Shown here: piece by piece, positions 28,613-38,001 of the stretch
How positions within the stretch are numbered: position 1 is the first letter of the stretch
Layout of the letters: each line of letters begins with the position of its first letter
Assembly: GCA_965216565.1 (NCBI GenBank)
Contig: OZ244170.1
Span: forward strand, 4,096,001 to 4,160,000
Length of the DNA: 64,000 bases
Direction: 5' to 3'
DNA from: Bythopirellula sp.
GTDB taxonomy: Bacteria > Planctomycetota > Planctomycetia > Pirellulales > Lacipirellulaceae
Program-made: the position numbers and the translations under genes
Notes under the pieces: model-generated
What the model was told of the DNA's origin: nothing
Databases searched by the model: none
Seen by the model: only the letters and a program-made list of their open reading frames with translations

Positions 28613-29073
28613 TGCAAATTCCTGCATCCACTAAACATGCTGCCCGTCTGACTCGGATGATTCTGATAGGCAGTTTTCTTTTTATATGCGTCTCTTGTGG
28701 CACAAACGAAGTTGTCACACAGATCCCTGAAGACCATGCTCGGCTCAAGGCCCTCGCCACCGTTTACGCCTATGCCAGTCGCGACCTGGGCCGCCCACCC
28801 AGGAATACCGACGATCTATTGCCGACTTTCGCCAAAGCGGGCATCGAGAATGCAAGTGAATACTTCCTGTCGACTCGGGACGGTACACCTTACGTCATCA
28901 TTTGGGGAGTTGACCTTGATAACAAGTACCGAGGCTCCGATTTAATACTGGTTTACGAACGCATGGGGATTGAGGGCCGTCGCCTGGCTATTGCCTGTAA
29001 TCATTCGCTCGTTGAAATTGACGAAGACAAGTTCAAGAAACTGTCTTGGCCAGCAGGTCACCAGCCCGATTAA
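28612..29073 (+). CDS. Lipoprotein associated with DUF1559 gene
   Basis: Lipobox VSC; start overlaps upstream stop; STRDGTPYVIIWG. Confidence 0.7.
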   Translation: MQIPASTKHAARLTRMILIGSFLFICVSCGTNEVVTQIPEDHARLKALATVYAYASRDLGRPPRNTDDLLPTFAKAGIENASEYFLSTRDGTPYVIIWGVDLDNKYRGSDLILVYERMGIEGRRLAIACNHSLVEIDEDKFKKLSWPAGHQPD

Positions 29074-29109
29074 TGGTTATGGTAACAGTTCGATATTAGG
29101 CCCACTTGC

Positions 29110-31965
29110 CTATTCGCCAAATGTTATTTTGATGCTCGCCGCTTGGCTATTCTCTGCCAAAGGGATACTAATGACGACTTCTCCATCAGGCTCCGACTCC
29201 GGTGTCGATTGATGAGCTCCGTCTACCCAGACTTCACAGTTCCCATCGGGCACCCCGGCTAGGTATGCTTTGGCAATATGTGCAGTGCCACTCCGATTCT
29301 CTACTGAAAACTCCAGCTGTCGTAGATCTCTATCACACACAATTGGTTTGTCGCTTGCGATTCCATCTCGAGCTAAGATCATATGAAAGCGGATATCCTC
29401 GGTAATCATATGAAACCGCTGGCCAAGTCCATCTCGACTCACGACTTGTAGCTTATCGTCGCTAGTTGTTAATGATCCTCCGTAGGCAATAATCCCGAAT
29501 AGCGGATCGTCTACCACCACCGTACAAGCGGCATTGATGCCTCCGGCCAAGCCGTGATCGATCTCGCCATCGTAAAACCAGGGGCCGCGTGAGAGATCCT
29601 TCCGCATCCAGGTGTTGCCAAACTTCTCGACCTGGAAATTCCAACCCGCCGCTCCGTCATTGCCCTCGCCCGGGTACCAGTAGCCAAACTTTGACTCCGC
29701 CGTTCCGCAATTGACTAGGGCCCAAGAACTGAGAATAGAAGCGTATCCCAGCCGCAGATATTCAGCCGGGTTCTCCGCGTAGTACAGGGCATAATCGAGA
29801 ATCGACCAACCACCCATCTGCGACATATAGCAAAGATGCGTGCCCCTTCCACTGCGAGCGCTTCCCAGTGAAAAGTAGGCCGTTTCCAACCAACCACGTA
29901 GCGCGATATTCGTGGCGAGTTGCTTTTCCATAAACGCCCGGGCATTCTCCCGGCTTACACTCGGATGCGAATACCACTTCTTCAGATTCTTGTCGTACCA
30001 TAGGTTTTCGTCGGGCTTAAGCTCGTGTTCTAAGGCATAGCGCGAAACCGCATGGGTCGACTCAAACGCAGTCCGATCAAAATGCATCTCCGACTTGTAG
30101 GGGTGAGGATCGTCGTAGATGAAGTACTTCACCTTCTTTTCCCATTCGTTGCGGAGAAAGTCTGCGTCTGCCTGGCGGCCTTCCACTTCAAGTGCAGCAA
30201 TCAGATTGACAAGATACTTCTCGTGAAAGTTCCCTTGCTTATAGGCCCAATCGCTGAATCCCTTGTGCGACCACAGCGGAGGCCCCGGCATGTAGATCGA
30301 GTAGGGAACCTCGAAGTACGCCTTCGCGGTACCAAAAGCTCGCTCGAGATATCCTGCCGCGTCGAGGTAACGAACCTTATCAGGGTTCTGCTTGGCAATC
30401 TGATAGAGATTGTAGTACAGCAGGATATAAGTGGTGTAATCGAAAGTGCGCCATAGTCGCTCTTTCCCCAGCCCTGTACCCTCGACTTTGCCATATCTAT
30501 TTTTAAGATGTTCGATGGTCGAAGGTTTCGTGGTGCCCCATTCAGCATTCCGGTTCAAATACCAATTCTCTGAACCGTAGATTCCGTAGGGATGGGGTAG
30601 TTCACTATCTGTACGTTGCAGCTTTCCCCAAACAAAATTCTCGACGAAATACTCAAGCGCCTCAATCTCCTTCGGGTTTGGATGGCCGACATTCTTCTCA
30701 GCCAAATACGCACACTTGCTGTTGGAAGGATCATCCGAGCCACCAACCATATACATCTGGAGGCCATCCCTGTCCTCCGGGCCACGCAAAACTTGGTTCC
30801 GCATGTCCCACAAACTAAACAATCCGTCGTACCATTTGGTGCGATCACGGTATTGTTGATTGCTCGTAATAAACGCGGCACGTTTCTTAAATACAGTTTC
30901 CAGTGGCAGAGTCACAAACCATTCGAGAATAAGCTTCTCGTCGTTTCCATAATTTACGGTGAGGAGATTCTCGCCCAGTCGCTCAAACCGCACTCGATAG
31001 ATATGAATATCAGGCTTTCTCTCCCCGAGATAATCAAGGTGCGTTTCGCTAGGAAACTCTGCCTGTACAGAATTAGAGTCCAGTACATTCTTCGTGCGCA
31101 GGGAGAATGTCGCCTGCAGGTCTGTTGGGACTACCATTCCCGGGACGATGTGAATATCGAACAAGCCTTGTTCGTATAAAGTATCGCGAACCCCTGAATA
31201 ATCCTGGGCCCGTTGAAACCTGAATCCATAACTAACTGTTTCCTCGGGACCAAGCGTGACACTGGTATGCTCTTTGCGCCAAGTACCGCGTTGCTCGCCC
31301 GCCCCAGAGAACGCAGAATGGATGAATGCGATCCGATCTCGATCCATGTATTCCAAGGCCGTTCCCGCCAGGGGAGTCATCACCAAGCGGTCACCCGAAC
31401 CATCGGCCCGCACCCAGTAAACAAACGACCCATGTCCGGCTATCAGGCGGTGCATGTTTAACCGCGTTTGATACGTTGAACCGCGCGTATTGATTACCTC
31501 CGGCAAAGCAATGTCGCCAATCTCTATAGGCGTATCGCTGATATTTGTAATCTTTATTCGCCAGATAAGCCCATCGTGGTCCCACTCAAACTCTTCCAGG
31601 AGTTTCAAATCGGGTCGATCTTTGCTACCGATAAGATGCGATAGGGTATATGACGTCGCAGAGCGATGGCTTGATTCTACTTTTCCCTTAGCAGCAGCAA
31701 GCGCTGTAACGAACTCTTTCCAGTCACCGCCATCAACTCGGTAATTGATTATCAAGTCACCCAGGCTGGCCCCATCTCGGATCAACTCGAGTTCGGTGTC
31801 GTCCCCTTCAAATTTAAGGCTAGTCACACCTGCTGGGCCAATCCCCACCTCAAAGTGACTGTCTTGGCCGACAGCACAATTACCTGCAATTACAAAGCTG
31901 CAGCAGAGCATTGCCTCAAGAATTGATGCTCTCAAAGTGCCAATCATTTGCTGAATAGGATTCAT
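29110..31965 (-). CDS. DUF5695-like secreted putative glycosidase
   Basis: PGMVVPTD, WRTFDY, FDRTAFESTHA, YMSQMGG, RLGYAS, YDGEID motifs; likely start MNPIQ at 31965. Confidence 0.75.
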   Translation of the reverse strand: MNPIQQMIGTLRASILEAMLCCSFVIAGNCAVGQDSHFEVGIGPAGVTSLKFEGDDTELELIRDGASLGDLIINYRVDGGDWKEFVTALAAAKGKVESSHRSATSYTLSHLIGSKDRPDLKLLEEFEWDHDGLIWRIKITNISDTPIEIGDIALPEVINTRGSTYQTRLNMHRLIAGHGSFVYWVRADGSGDRLVMTPLAGTALEYMDRDRIAFIHSAFSGAGEQRGTWRKEHTSVTLGPEETVSYGFRFQRAQDYSGVRDTLYEQGLFDIHIVPGMVVPTDLQATFSLRTKNVLDSNSVQAEFPSETHLDYLGERKPDIHIYRVRFERLGENLLTVNYGNDEKLILEWFVTLPLETVFKKRAAFITSNQQYRDRTKWYDGLFSLWDMRNQVLRGPEDRDGLQMYMVGGSDDPSNSKCAYLAEKNVGHPNPKEIEALEYFVENFVWGKLQRTDSELPHPYGIYGSENWYLNRNAEWGTTKPSTIEHLKNRYGKVEGTGLGKERLWRTFDYTTYILLYYNLYQIAKQNPDKVRYLDAAGYLERAFGTAKAYFEVPYSIYMPGPPLWSHKGFSDWAYKQGNFHEKYLVNLIAALEVEGRQADADFLRNEWEKKVKYFIYDDPHPYKSEMHFDRTAFESTHAVSRYALEHELKPDENLWYDKNLKKWYSHPSVSRENARAFMEKQLATNIALRGWLETAYFSLGSARSGRGTHLCYMSQMGGWSILDYALYYAENPAEYLRLGYASILSSWALVNCGTAESKFGYWYPGEGNDGAAGWNFQVEKFGNTWMRKDLSRGPWFYDGEIDHGLAGGINAACTVVVDDPLFGIIAYGGSLTTSDDKLQVVSRDGLGQRFHMITEDIRFHMILARDGIASDKPIVCDRDLRQLEFSVENRSGTAHIAKAYLAGVPDGNCEVWVDGAHQSTPESEPDGEVVISIPLAENSQAASIKITFGE

Positions 31966-31975
31966 AAGATAGCCG

Positions 31976-33031
31976 TTAGGGGATATTGCCGCATGATCCT
32001 CCCCCGTCATTACGAGATCCCAACTGCTCCCATCTCTTTGGATCGATTTCATAAGTGAGCACATGCACGGACCCATCGCAATTGGCGGCCTGATAGATTC
32101 CTGGGTGAGACGAGCCGAAGCGAAACGTAGCAGATTCTCGAGGCCCTTCGGTATCGGGTCGCGGCATCCCAGGCATCAATCCATTGCCCGGATTTACATA
32201 ACTGCTGGCCCAGCGAATCGTGTCGTACTCGTACCCCTGGTAGACGGCGTTGTTATCGGATTCCAAATTGGCACCGTGCTGGGGATCGTGATAGTCAACG
32301 TGCAGAGACCGCTCAGAGACAAGCATCGTCTGCGCCGCACCGTCCGTAATCTCCTGTAGTGTGACGCCAAACCGTGGAACGACTACGCCATCGAACTTGT
32401 CGGCCTGCTCTCTACTGAACAATCCATTGCAGAAGTAGGGATAATATTGAGCGCAGCGGGGATGGGGACCCGCTGGTCGGCCTTGTTTGTCTGGAGTCGT
32501 CATGGCCGGGATTGCGCAGCCGCCATTGGCGGCGTAGTCGGTTTTCGCGACCATGTGGTCCTGGGGCTGATCGGAATTGACCGAACGTTCGGGAGCGAAG
32601 CTTAGTCCGACCGAGGTTCGACTGGGGCAATGAAACAGGGGAACGACTGCCGTCTTGAGCCGCACTAGCTCCTGCTTCTTTTCCGCCCAAGGGAGACCCG
32701 AGCCTATCGCACGCACATGGCTGTGCTCAATAAAGTCTAGGAGAGAATAAGGCCAACCGCCGGGCTGCTTATCCCCGAAGCCCAGATCTGGATCGCCAAC
32801 CCAGCGATGCCCCCAGCCCCCCGGTGGTAGAGTGCCATGAACAGACTCATGCGTCAGGCAACCCAACGCCATCTGCTTGAGGTGGTTTGAGCATTGCAGG
32901 CGACGCGCTGATTCACGAGCCGACTGGATCGCCGGCAGTAATAGCGACACGAGAATTCCAATGCTGGCTATCACTACCAACAATTCGATGAGCGTAAAAC
33001 CATATTTCGAGTGATTGTCTGGGCGAAACAT
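31976..33031 (-). CDS. DUF1559 prepilin-type protein
   Basis: [34 protein letters not shown]. Confidence 0.92.
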   Translation of the reverse strand: MFRPDNHSKYGFTLIELLVVIASIGILVSLLLPAIQSARESARRLQCSNHLKQMALGCLTHESVHGTLPPGGWGHRWVGDPDLGFGDKQPGGWPYSLLDFIEHSHVRAIGSGLPWAEKKQELVRLKTAVVPLFHCPSRTSVGLSFAPERSVNSDQPQDHMVAKTDYAANGGCAIPAMTTPDKQGRPAGPHPRCAQYYPYFCNGLFSREQADKFDGVVVPRFGVTLQEITDGAAQTMLVSERSLHVDYHDPQHGANLESDNNAVYQGYEYDTIRWASSYVNPGNGLMPGMPRPDTEGPRESATFRFGSSHPGIYQAANCDGSVHVLTYEIDPKRWEQLGSRNDGGGSCGNIP

Positions 33032-33034
33032 TGT

Positions 33035-34747
33035 TCACTTTACAATCTTATTGGGACGAGGTTTTCCGCGTTCTTCGGGGAATGGAAACACATTCGATTC
33101 GGTAGCCCACTGCTTCCACTTCCCGTGAAGTTCAGAAGCGAGAGCCGGATGCTGTTTCACCACATTGTCAGTTTCGCTGCGATCGTGCGACATGTCGTAG
33201 AGTTCCCAGCTATCTTGATTGCGGTCGTCAAGAGTCACCAGTTTCCAGTCTCCCTCGCGGATAGCGGCATGATTGAGATGCTGCCAGTACAAAGTGCGAT
33301 TCTCGGGAGTCTCAACGTTGCCAGTCAGATACGGCATCATACTGATGCCCGGCGCCGGCTTTACGGGACGGCCGTCATGCTGCGATGGATAACTTGCATC
33401 GCCGAGTTCGCAGAGCGTCGGCATGATATCGACTAAGTGAAACACTTGGTTGCCCACAATTTGCCCGCCTTGGGCGATCCCCTCTGGCCAGTGGGCTACG
33501 AAAGGAGACGCAATGCCTCCCTCATGGACGTACTGCTTGTATTTGCGAAGTGGAGTATTGGAGTAGTGAGCCCAGCATTGCCCTTGCGAAATACTCCAAC
33601 CCCCTTCCTTACGCCACTCTGGGTAATTTGCGCGTTTGTACTCGGGCCAGTTCATGCCATAAAGATCTAGTTCTCCCGAACAGCCATTGTCGGAGAAAAA
33701 CATAACAATCGTGTTGTCCAATGCTCCCTGCTGCTCGAGCCGTTCGACAATACGACCTATCCCTTGGTCCATTCGTTCGACCTGCGCTGCATAAATCGCC
33801 CGACGAAAATCCAGTTCTTCTTGTTCTTCACTTTCCAAGCCATTCCACTCGGGCAAGTTGCTGCGATCAACTAAGTCCTTAAATGGAAGTCCCTCGACAG
33901 GGACTTCTTCATGCTGTTTGCCTTGGGGTAGCTTCTGACTGTTGGGGAGGAGTCCCATCTTTTGCATTCGATTGAATTTCTCCTCACGCAACACATTCCA
34001 ACCTTTCTTGTATCGTCCGCGATATTTCTCGATGAGATCGTCGGGCGCTTCCAGAGGAAAATGTGGTGTGTTGTAGCATACATGTAGCAGAAAGGGCTGA
34101 TCTTGATCCTTTGTGGCTTGATCGATGTAGTCACAAGCCGCATCCGTGAAGAAGTCTGTCGTGTAGAACTCCTCGTCAGGACGATAAGGGTTTATCGGGT
34201 TTTCCTGGGCCTCGATCATCAGTTTTCCATCACGATAGATGTCGCAGCCTTTGAGCACCTTCCAATAGCTATCGATGTGAAGATAGATTCCGGTGAAGTG
34301 GTCAAACCCTCGGACTTCTGGCTTCGCCGCTGGCACGTGTCCCGCATGCCATTTACCGGTCATGTAGGTTGCATAACCGGCTGCCTTCAACACGTCTGCG
34401 AAGGTTACACAGTTGTCGTTGAGGTGACCCCGATATCCTTTGCCCGGGTAGTTCTGATAGACCATCAGCCCCATCCCTGCTTGGTGGGGATAAAGACCTG
34501 TTAGCAAACTCGCTCGCGAAGGGCAACAACGTCCTGTGTTGTAAAACTGAGTAAGGCGTACACCACTGGCAGCTAGCCGATCCAAACTTGGTGTATCGAT
34601 TTCGCCGCCAAAGCACCCGATATCGGAGTAGCCCAAGTCGTCGGCAAAGATCAACACAACGTTAGGCCGCTCGCCTGCCAGGCTAGACGATTCCAGGGAC
34701 AGAAATGCAATCAGGACAACCACATTGACATAATCTAGGCGATTCAT
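33035..34747 (-). CDS. Arylsulfatase (S1)
   Basis: ADDLGYSDIG, RCCPSRASLLTG, GKWH, SDNG, HEGGI. Confidence 0.92.
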   Translation of the reverse strand: MNRLDYVNVVVLIAFLSLESSSLAGERPNVVLIFADDLGYSDIGCFGGEIDTPSLDRLAASGVRLTQFYNTGRCCPSRASLLTGLYPHQAGMGLMVYQNYPGKGYRGHLNDNCVTFADVLKAAGYATYMTGKWHAGHVPAAKPEVRGFDHFTGIYLHIDSYWKVLKGCDIYRDGKLMIEAQENPINPYRPDEEFYTTDFFTDAACDYIDQATKDQDQPFLLHVCYNTPHFPLEAPDDLIEKYRGRYKKGWNVLREEKFNRMQKMGLLPNSQKLPQGKQHEEVPVEGLPFKDLVDRSNLPEWNGLESEEQEELDFRRAIYAAQVERMDQGIGRIVERLEQQGALDNTIVMFFSDNGCSGELDLYGMNWPEYKRANYPEWRKEGGWSISQGQCWAHYSNTPLRKYKQYVHEGGIASPFVAHWPEGIAQGGQIVGNQVFHLVDIMPTLCELGDASYPSQHDGRPVKPAPGISMMPYLTGNVETPENRTLYWQHLNHAAIREGDWKLVTLDDRNQDSWELYDMSHDRSETDNVVKQHPALASELHGKWKQWATESNVFPFPEERGKPRPNKIVK

Positions 34748-35862
34748 TGCGACGGCCCTTCACTCGTCGAGAATGTATACACCGTCTTGGTTCGATACTC
34801 CTCGCCTGGCTTTAGTATTGTCGAGGGGAAATCACTTTGATTGGGGCTGTCGGGGAAATGTTGCGTCTCTAGGCAAAACCCGCCTCGGTGAACATATTGC
34901 TTGCCAGACTTACCGGTGAGACGACCATCGAGAAAATTCCCCGAGTAGAATTGGATGCCAGGCTCTTCGGTACGAATCTCCACAACTCGGCCGCTGGTTG
35001 GTTCGTAGATGCGTGCTGCCAACCGCATCTCTCCGGCTGATCCCTCCAAAACGAAGTTATGGTCGTAGCCCAGACCAAACTTTAGCTGCTCGTTCTCTTG
35101 GTTGATGTCTTTTCCAATTGGTTTCGGGCTCGTGAAATCAAACGGCGTTCCCTCAACTTGCTTGAGTTCGCCGTTTGGAATCAGGGTTTCGTCAACCGGA
35201 GTAAACCGCGAGGCATTGAGCATCAGCTCATGGTCGAGAATCGTCCCTTCGCCGTGTCCTTTCAAATTGAAATAGGAGTGCTGCGTCAGATTAACCGGCG
35301 TGGCCTTGTCTGTTGTCGCAAAGTATTCCACCGCCAGGGTATTGTCATCGAATAGCTTGTAGATCACCTGCACATCAAGATTGCCCGGGTAGCCTTCTTC
35401 GCCATCTTTGGCTGCGTAAGTTAGCTCAAGCCCAGTCCAAGATTCTCCGGTAATTGGTTTTGCATCCCAGACAACTTTATCGAAGCCAATGACTCCACCA
35501 TGAAGATGATTCTCACCATTATTTGTCGCTAGCGTGTATTCTGAACCGTTGAGAGTAAACGTGCCTTTTGCGATCCGATTTCCATAGCGTCCAACAATCG
35601 CACCAAAGTACGGTTTGTCGACCGCGTTTATATAACCTTCGACGTTGTCGTACCCTAATACGATGTCGCCCATGTTCCCGTTACGATCAGGAACGATAAT
35701 GGAACTGATGATTGCGCCAAAGTTGGTAATCTTGACCGTAATCCCCTCTGAGTTGGTGAGCGTATAGAGAAGGATGTCGTCAAAGTCGTCGACTTTGACA
35801 TCTGCCGCACGGGTGGCCGAACTCAGTAACAAGCCGAGCAATAAAGCAGCAATAACTTTCAC
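34744..35862 (-). CDS. galM: Aldose 1-epimerase (mutarotase), exported
   Basis: GRYGNRI, HLHGG, EEGYPG, NLTQHSYFNL, YDHNF, FCLETQHFPDSPN; signal peptide. Confidence 0.95.
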   Translation of the reverse strand: MKVIAALLLGLLLSSATRAADVKVDDFDDILLYTLTNSEGITVKITNFGAIISSIIVPDRNGNMGDIVLGYDNVEGYINAVDKPYFGAIVGRYGNRIAKGTFTLNGSEYTLATNNGENHLHGGVIGFDKVVWDAKPITGESWTGLELTYAAKDGEEGYPGNLDVQVIYKLFDDNTLAVEYFATTDKATPVNLTQHSYFNLKGHGEGTILDHELMLNASRFTPVDETLIPNGELKQVEGTPFDFTSPKPIGKDINQENEQLKFGLGYDHNFVLEGSAGEMRLAARIYEPTSGRVVEIRTEEPGIQFYSGNFLDGRLTGKSGKQYVHRGGFCLETQHFPDSPNQSDFPSTILKPGEEYRTKTVYTFSTSEGPSQ

Positions 35863-35905
35863 GGATGGTTCTCCCTAAATCACGTTGATGTGTGGTGCAT
35901 TGCAA

Positions 35906-37939
35906 TCAGAATACGGTTGGAAATCCACTGATCCTTAGGGTTGTGCAACCGTAAGGAACAAGCGTAATCGGCTCGGCTTGGGCGTCGTTCGGCTTTTCCT
36001 GGGGACTCCAAGGAATAGGTCCCGCCATTTCGTTGTAGAGTTTCCAGTGCGGAAGCCTGATCCCCTTGGTCTGGATTTCGATCGGCGCTGAGCTTAAGGT
36101 CCAGGGGTTCTCCGCGGTGATTTCGTGATGCACAATTTGGTAGTGTTGTGCAAGATCTTTGAGAGAGTCCTCAAGAATCGCATAGTTCCAAGGAGTCTTG
36201 GGATGCACTTCCTGGTAGTCGCCGTGGTCGCTCCAAGTTTCTTCAATCTTGAGGGCAAACAGCAACGGCCCGCGATGGAATCCAACGCTGTTCTCATGCC
36301 AACGTTTCGTGATCAGTTGCATCGGAAGTTTGAGTTCAATTGCGTCCCCCGACTGCCATTCACGATCAAGAACAACAATACCCCCAGTTGTGGAACCCTT
36401 CTGAAGCTCGCCATTGACGCGCACTTCTGGCGACTCGCACCAGCCAGGAATTCGCAGGTGAAATGGAAATCGAACTTGTTCTTCCATTTGTAATTCAAAA
36501 GTCACTCGACTGCGGAAAGGATACTCAGTCTTCTCAGTCACGGTGACTTCTGTGCCGAGTTCGCCAACTTTCGCGGTCACTGTGCTAGGCGCGTAGACCA
36601 AAGCAGCCAGCCCATTGTCGGCCGAGGCCATCCACAGATGTTGGGTGAATTTGGGCCAGGCCTGATGCAGATTGCAAGTGCAGCAGGGATAGCCAGAGAG
36701 CAGGCCGAATACCATTCGGTCGGGCTCGTTGTTATAGAAATTGCGCGTGCCGTGAGACACCATCACTTGGTTCGCCAGTTGAAAATATTGCCTCGTGTGG
36801 CAGTCGTCGCTGATCTGAGAGGTCAACACATTGAAGGCGGCCGACTCCAGGCGGTCGGCAAATTCAGTGTCTCCGGTAATCTCCAGCATTTTTTCCAGAG
36901 AGAACATCATCTCGACGACCGTGCACAGTTCGGACCCACGCGTTAGGGTCTTGCCATGCAACGCTTCATCGCCGCCGAAAAGTCCATGAGGTTGGCCATG
37001 GAACCGTTCTAGGTCCAGGAAGGCTTTTTTGACGGATCTCAGATACCTGGGGTCGTTTTGAGATTGGGAGTATACCACCGGTGCCTTCATCCCTTGGGCG
37101 AGATTCACACAGTGGAACGGGTACGCTGTCGCATCCTTGGCAGTCCACTGCTTTTCATTGAAGGGACCTTCCGTCGCGATATCTCCTCGCTTAAGAAAAA
37201 TCTCAGTGTAGGGATGCGTCTGCGAGTGGATCAGGTCGCCCAGTTCAAGCAGAAATTCATCCCCAGTGATATTGTAAAGCCAGTAAACGATCAGCAGATT
37301 GTCGGCACCGCGTCGGTTGCCCCAGAATGTCCAGTGGCCCAAGGGAGTCTTGGGCAATTCTGTTAGTTGGAATCGGAAATATCGCGTCAGAGCCTCGATG
37401 ACGCGCTCGTCTCCCGTAGCCATGTAGTGCTGCTTAAGCGCCTTGAGCATGACCATCTTTGGCCACCAGTCCCTGCGCTTATCTCGCTGCAAACCGGGCT
37501 CAGGCTCGGGTGGGCTAGTAAATGGAATCGGCCCCAGGTAGCCGTCTTCGCGTTGGTGGGTGAGCGTCCACTCGACCCATCGCTCTGCCTTGGCAACTAG
37601 AACTGGATCGTCAAGTATGTGTGCCAGAGGCAACAGCCCGTCGATCCAATACGGACCTCGTTCCCAGCCATCACCATCGCCCCCCAGCCAACCGTTGCGT
37701 TCGCCAACCACCTGGGGGTAGAGTTCGTCGAGGTGGCCCGACATTCCGGCGGCCATTCTCTCGAGTTGATCCCTTAGCCATCCCTGGGGACGAATTGTTC
37801 CTAAAGGCAATTCCGTATACGGCTTGTTTACTAGGGGAGCCCGATTGGTGATGTAATGCGAGTTTCTCTTTTCGTCGTCATCAGCCAGGCAAGGTTGCAC
37901 GAAGCCGGCATAAATTACAGTGAGAAAAACGTATCGCAT
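35906..37939 (-). CDS. GH127-type beta-L-arabinofuranosidase domain protein
   Basis: GWERGPYWIDG, DWWPKMV, HCVN, SELC, YPCCTCN, LVPYGCTTLRI. Confidence 0.85.
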   Translation of the reverse strand: MRYVFLTVIYAGFVQPCLADDDEKRNSHYITNRAPLVNKPYTELPLGTIRPQGWLRDQLERMAAGMSGHLDELYPQVVGERNGWLGGDGDGWERGPYWIDGLLPLAHILDDPVLVAKAERWVEWTLTHQREDGYLGPIPFTSPPEPEPGLQRDKRRDWWPKMVMLKALKQHYMATGDERVIEALTRYFRFQLTELPKTPLGHWTFWGNRRGADNLLIVYWLYNITGDEFLLELGDLIHSQTHPYTEIFLKRGDIATEGPFNEKQWTAKDATAYPFHCVNLAQGMKAPVVYSQSQNDPRYLRSVKKAFLDLERFHGQPHGLFGGDEALHGKTLTRGSELCTVVEMMFSLEKMLEITGDTEFADRLESAAFNVLTSQISDDCHTRQYFQLANQVMVSHGTRNFYNNEPDRMVFGLLSGYPCCTCNLHQAWPKFTQHLWMASADNGLAALVYAPSTVTAKVGELGTEVTVTEKTEYPFRSRVTFELQMEEQVRFPFHLRIPGWCESPEVRVNGELQKGSTTGGIVVLDREWQSGDAIELKLPMQLITKRWHENSVGFHRGPLLFALKIEETWSDHGDYQEVHPKTPWNYAILEDSLKDLAQHYQIVHHEITAENPWTLSSAPIEIQTKGIRLPHWKLYNEMAGPIPWSPQEKPNDAQAEPITLVPYGCTTLRISGFPTVF

Positions 37940-38001
37940 CGTGCCGCTAGTACCGAGCTGAAATTCAATGTCAGATTTAGGTTTGCGACCGCGAAAGCCG
38001 C

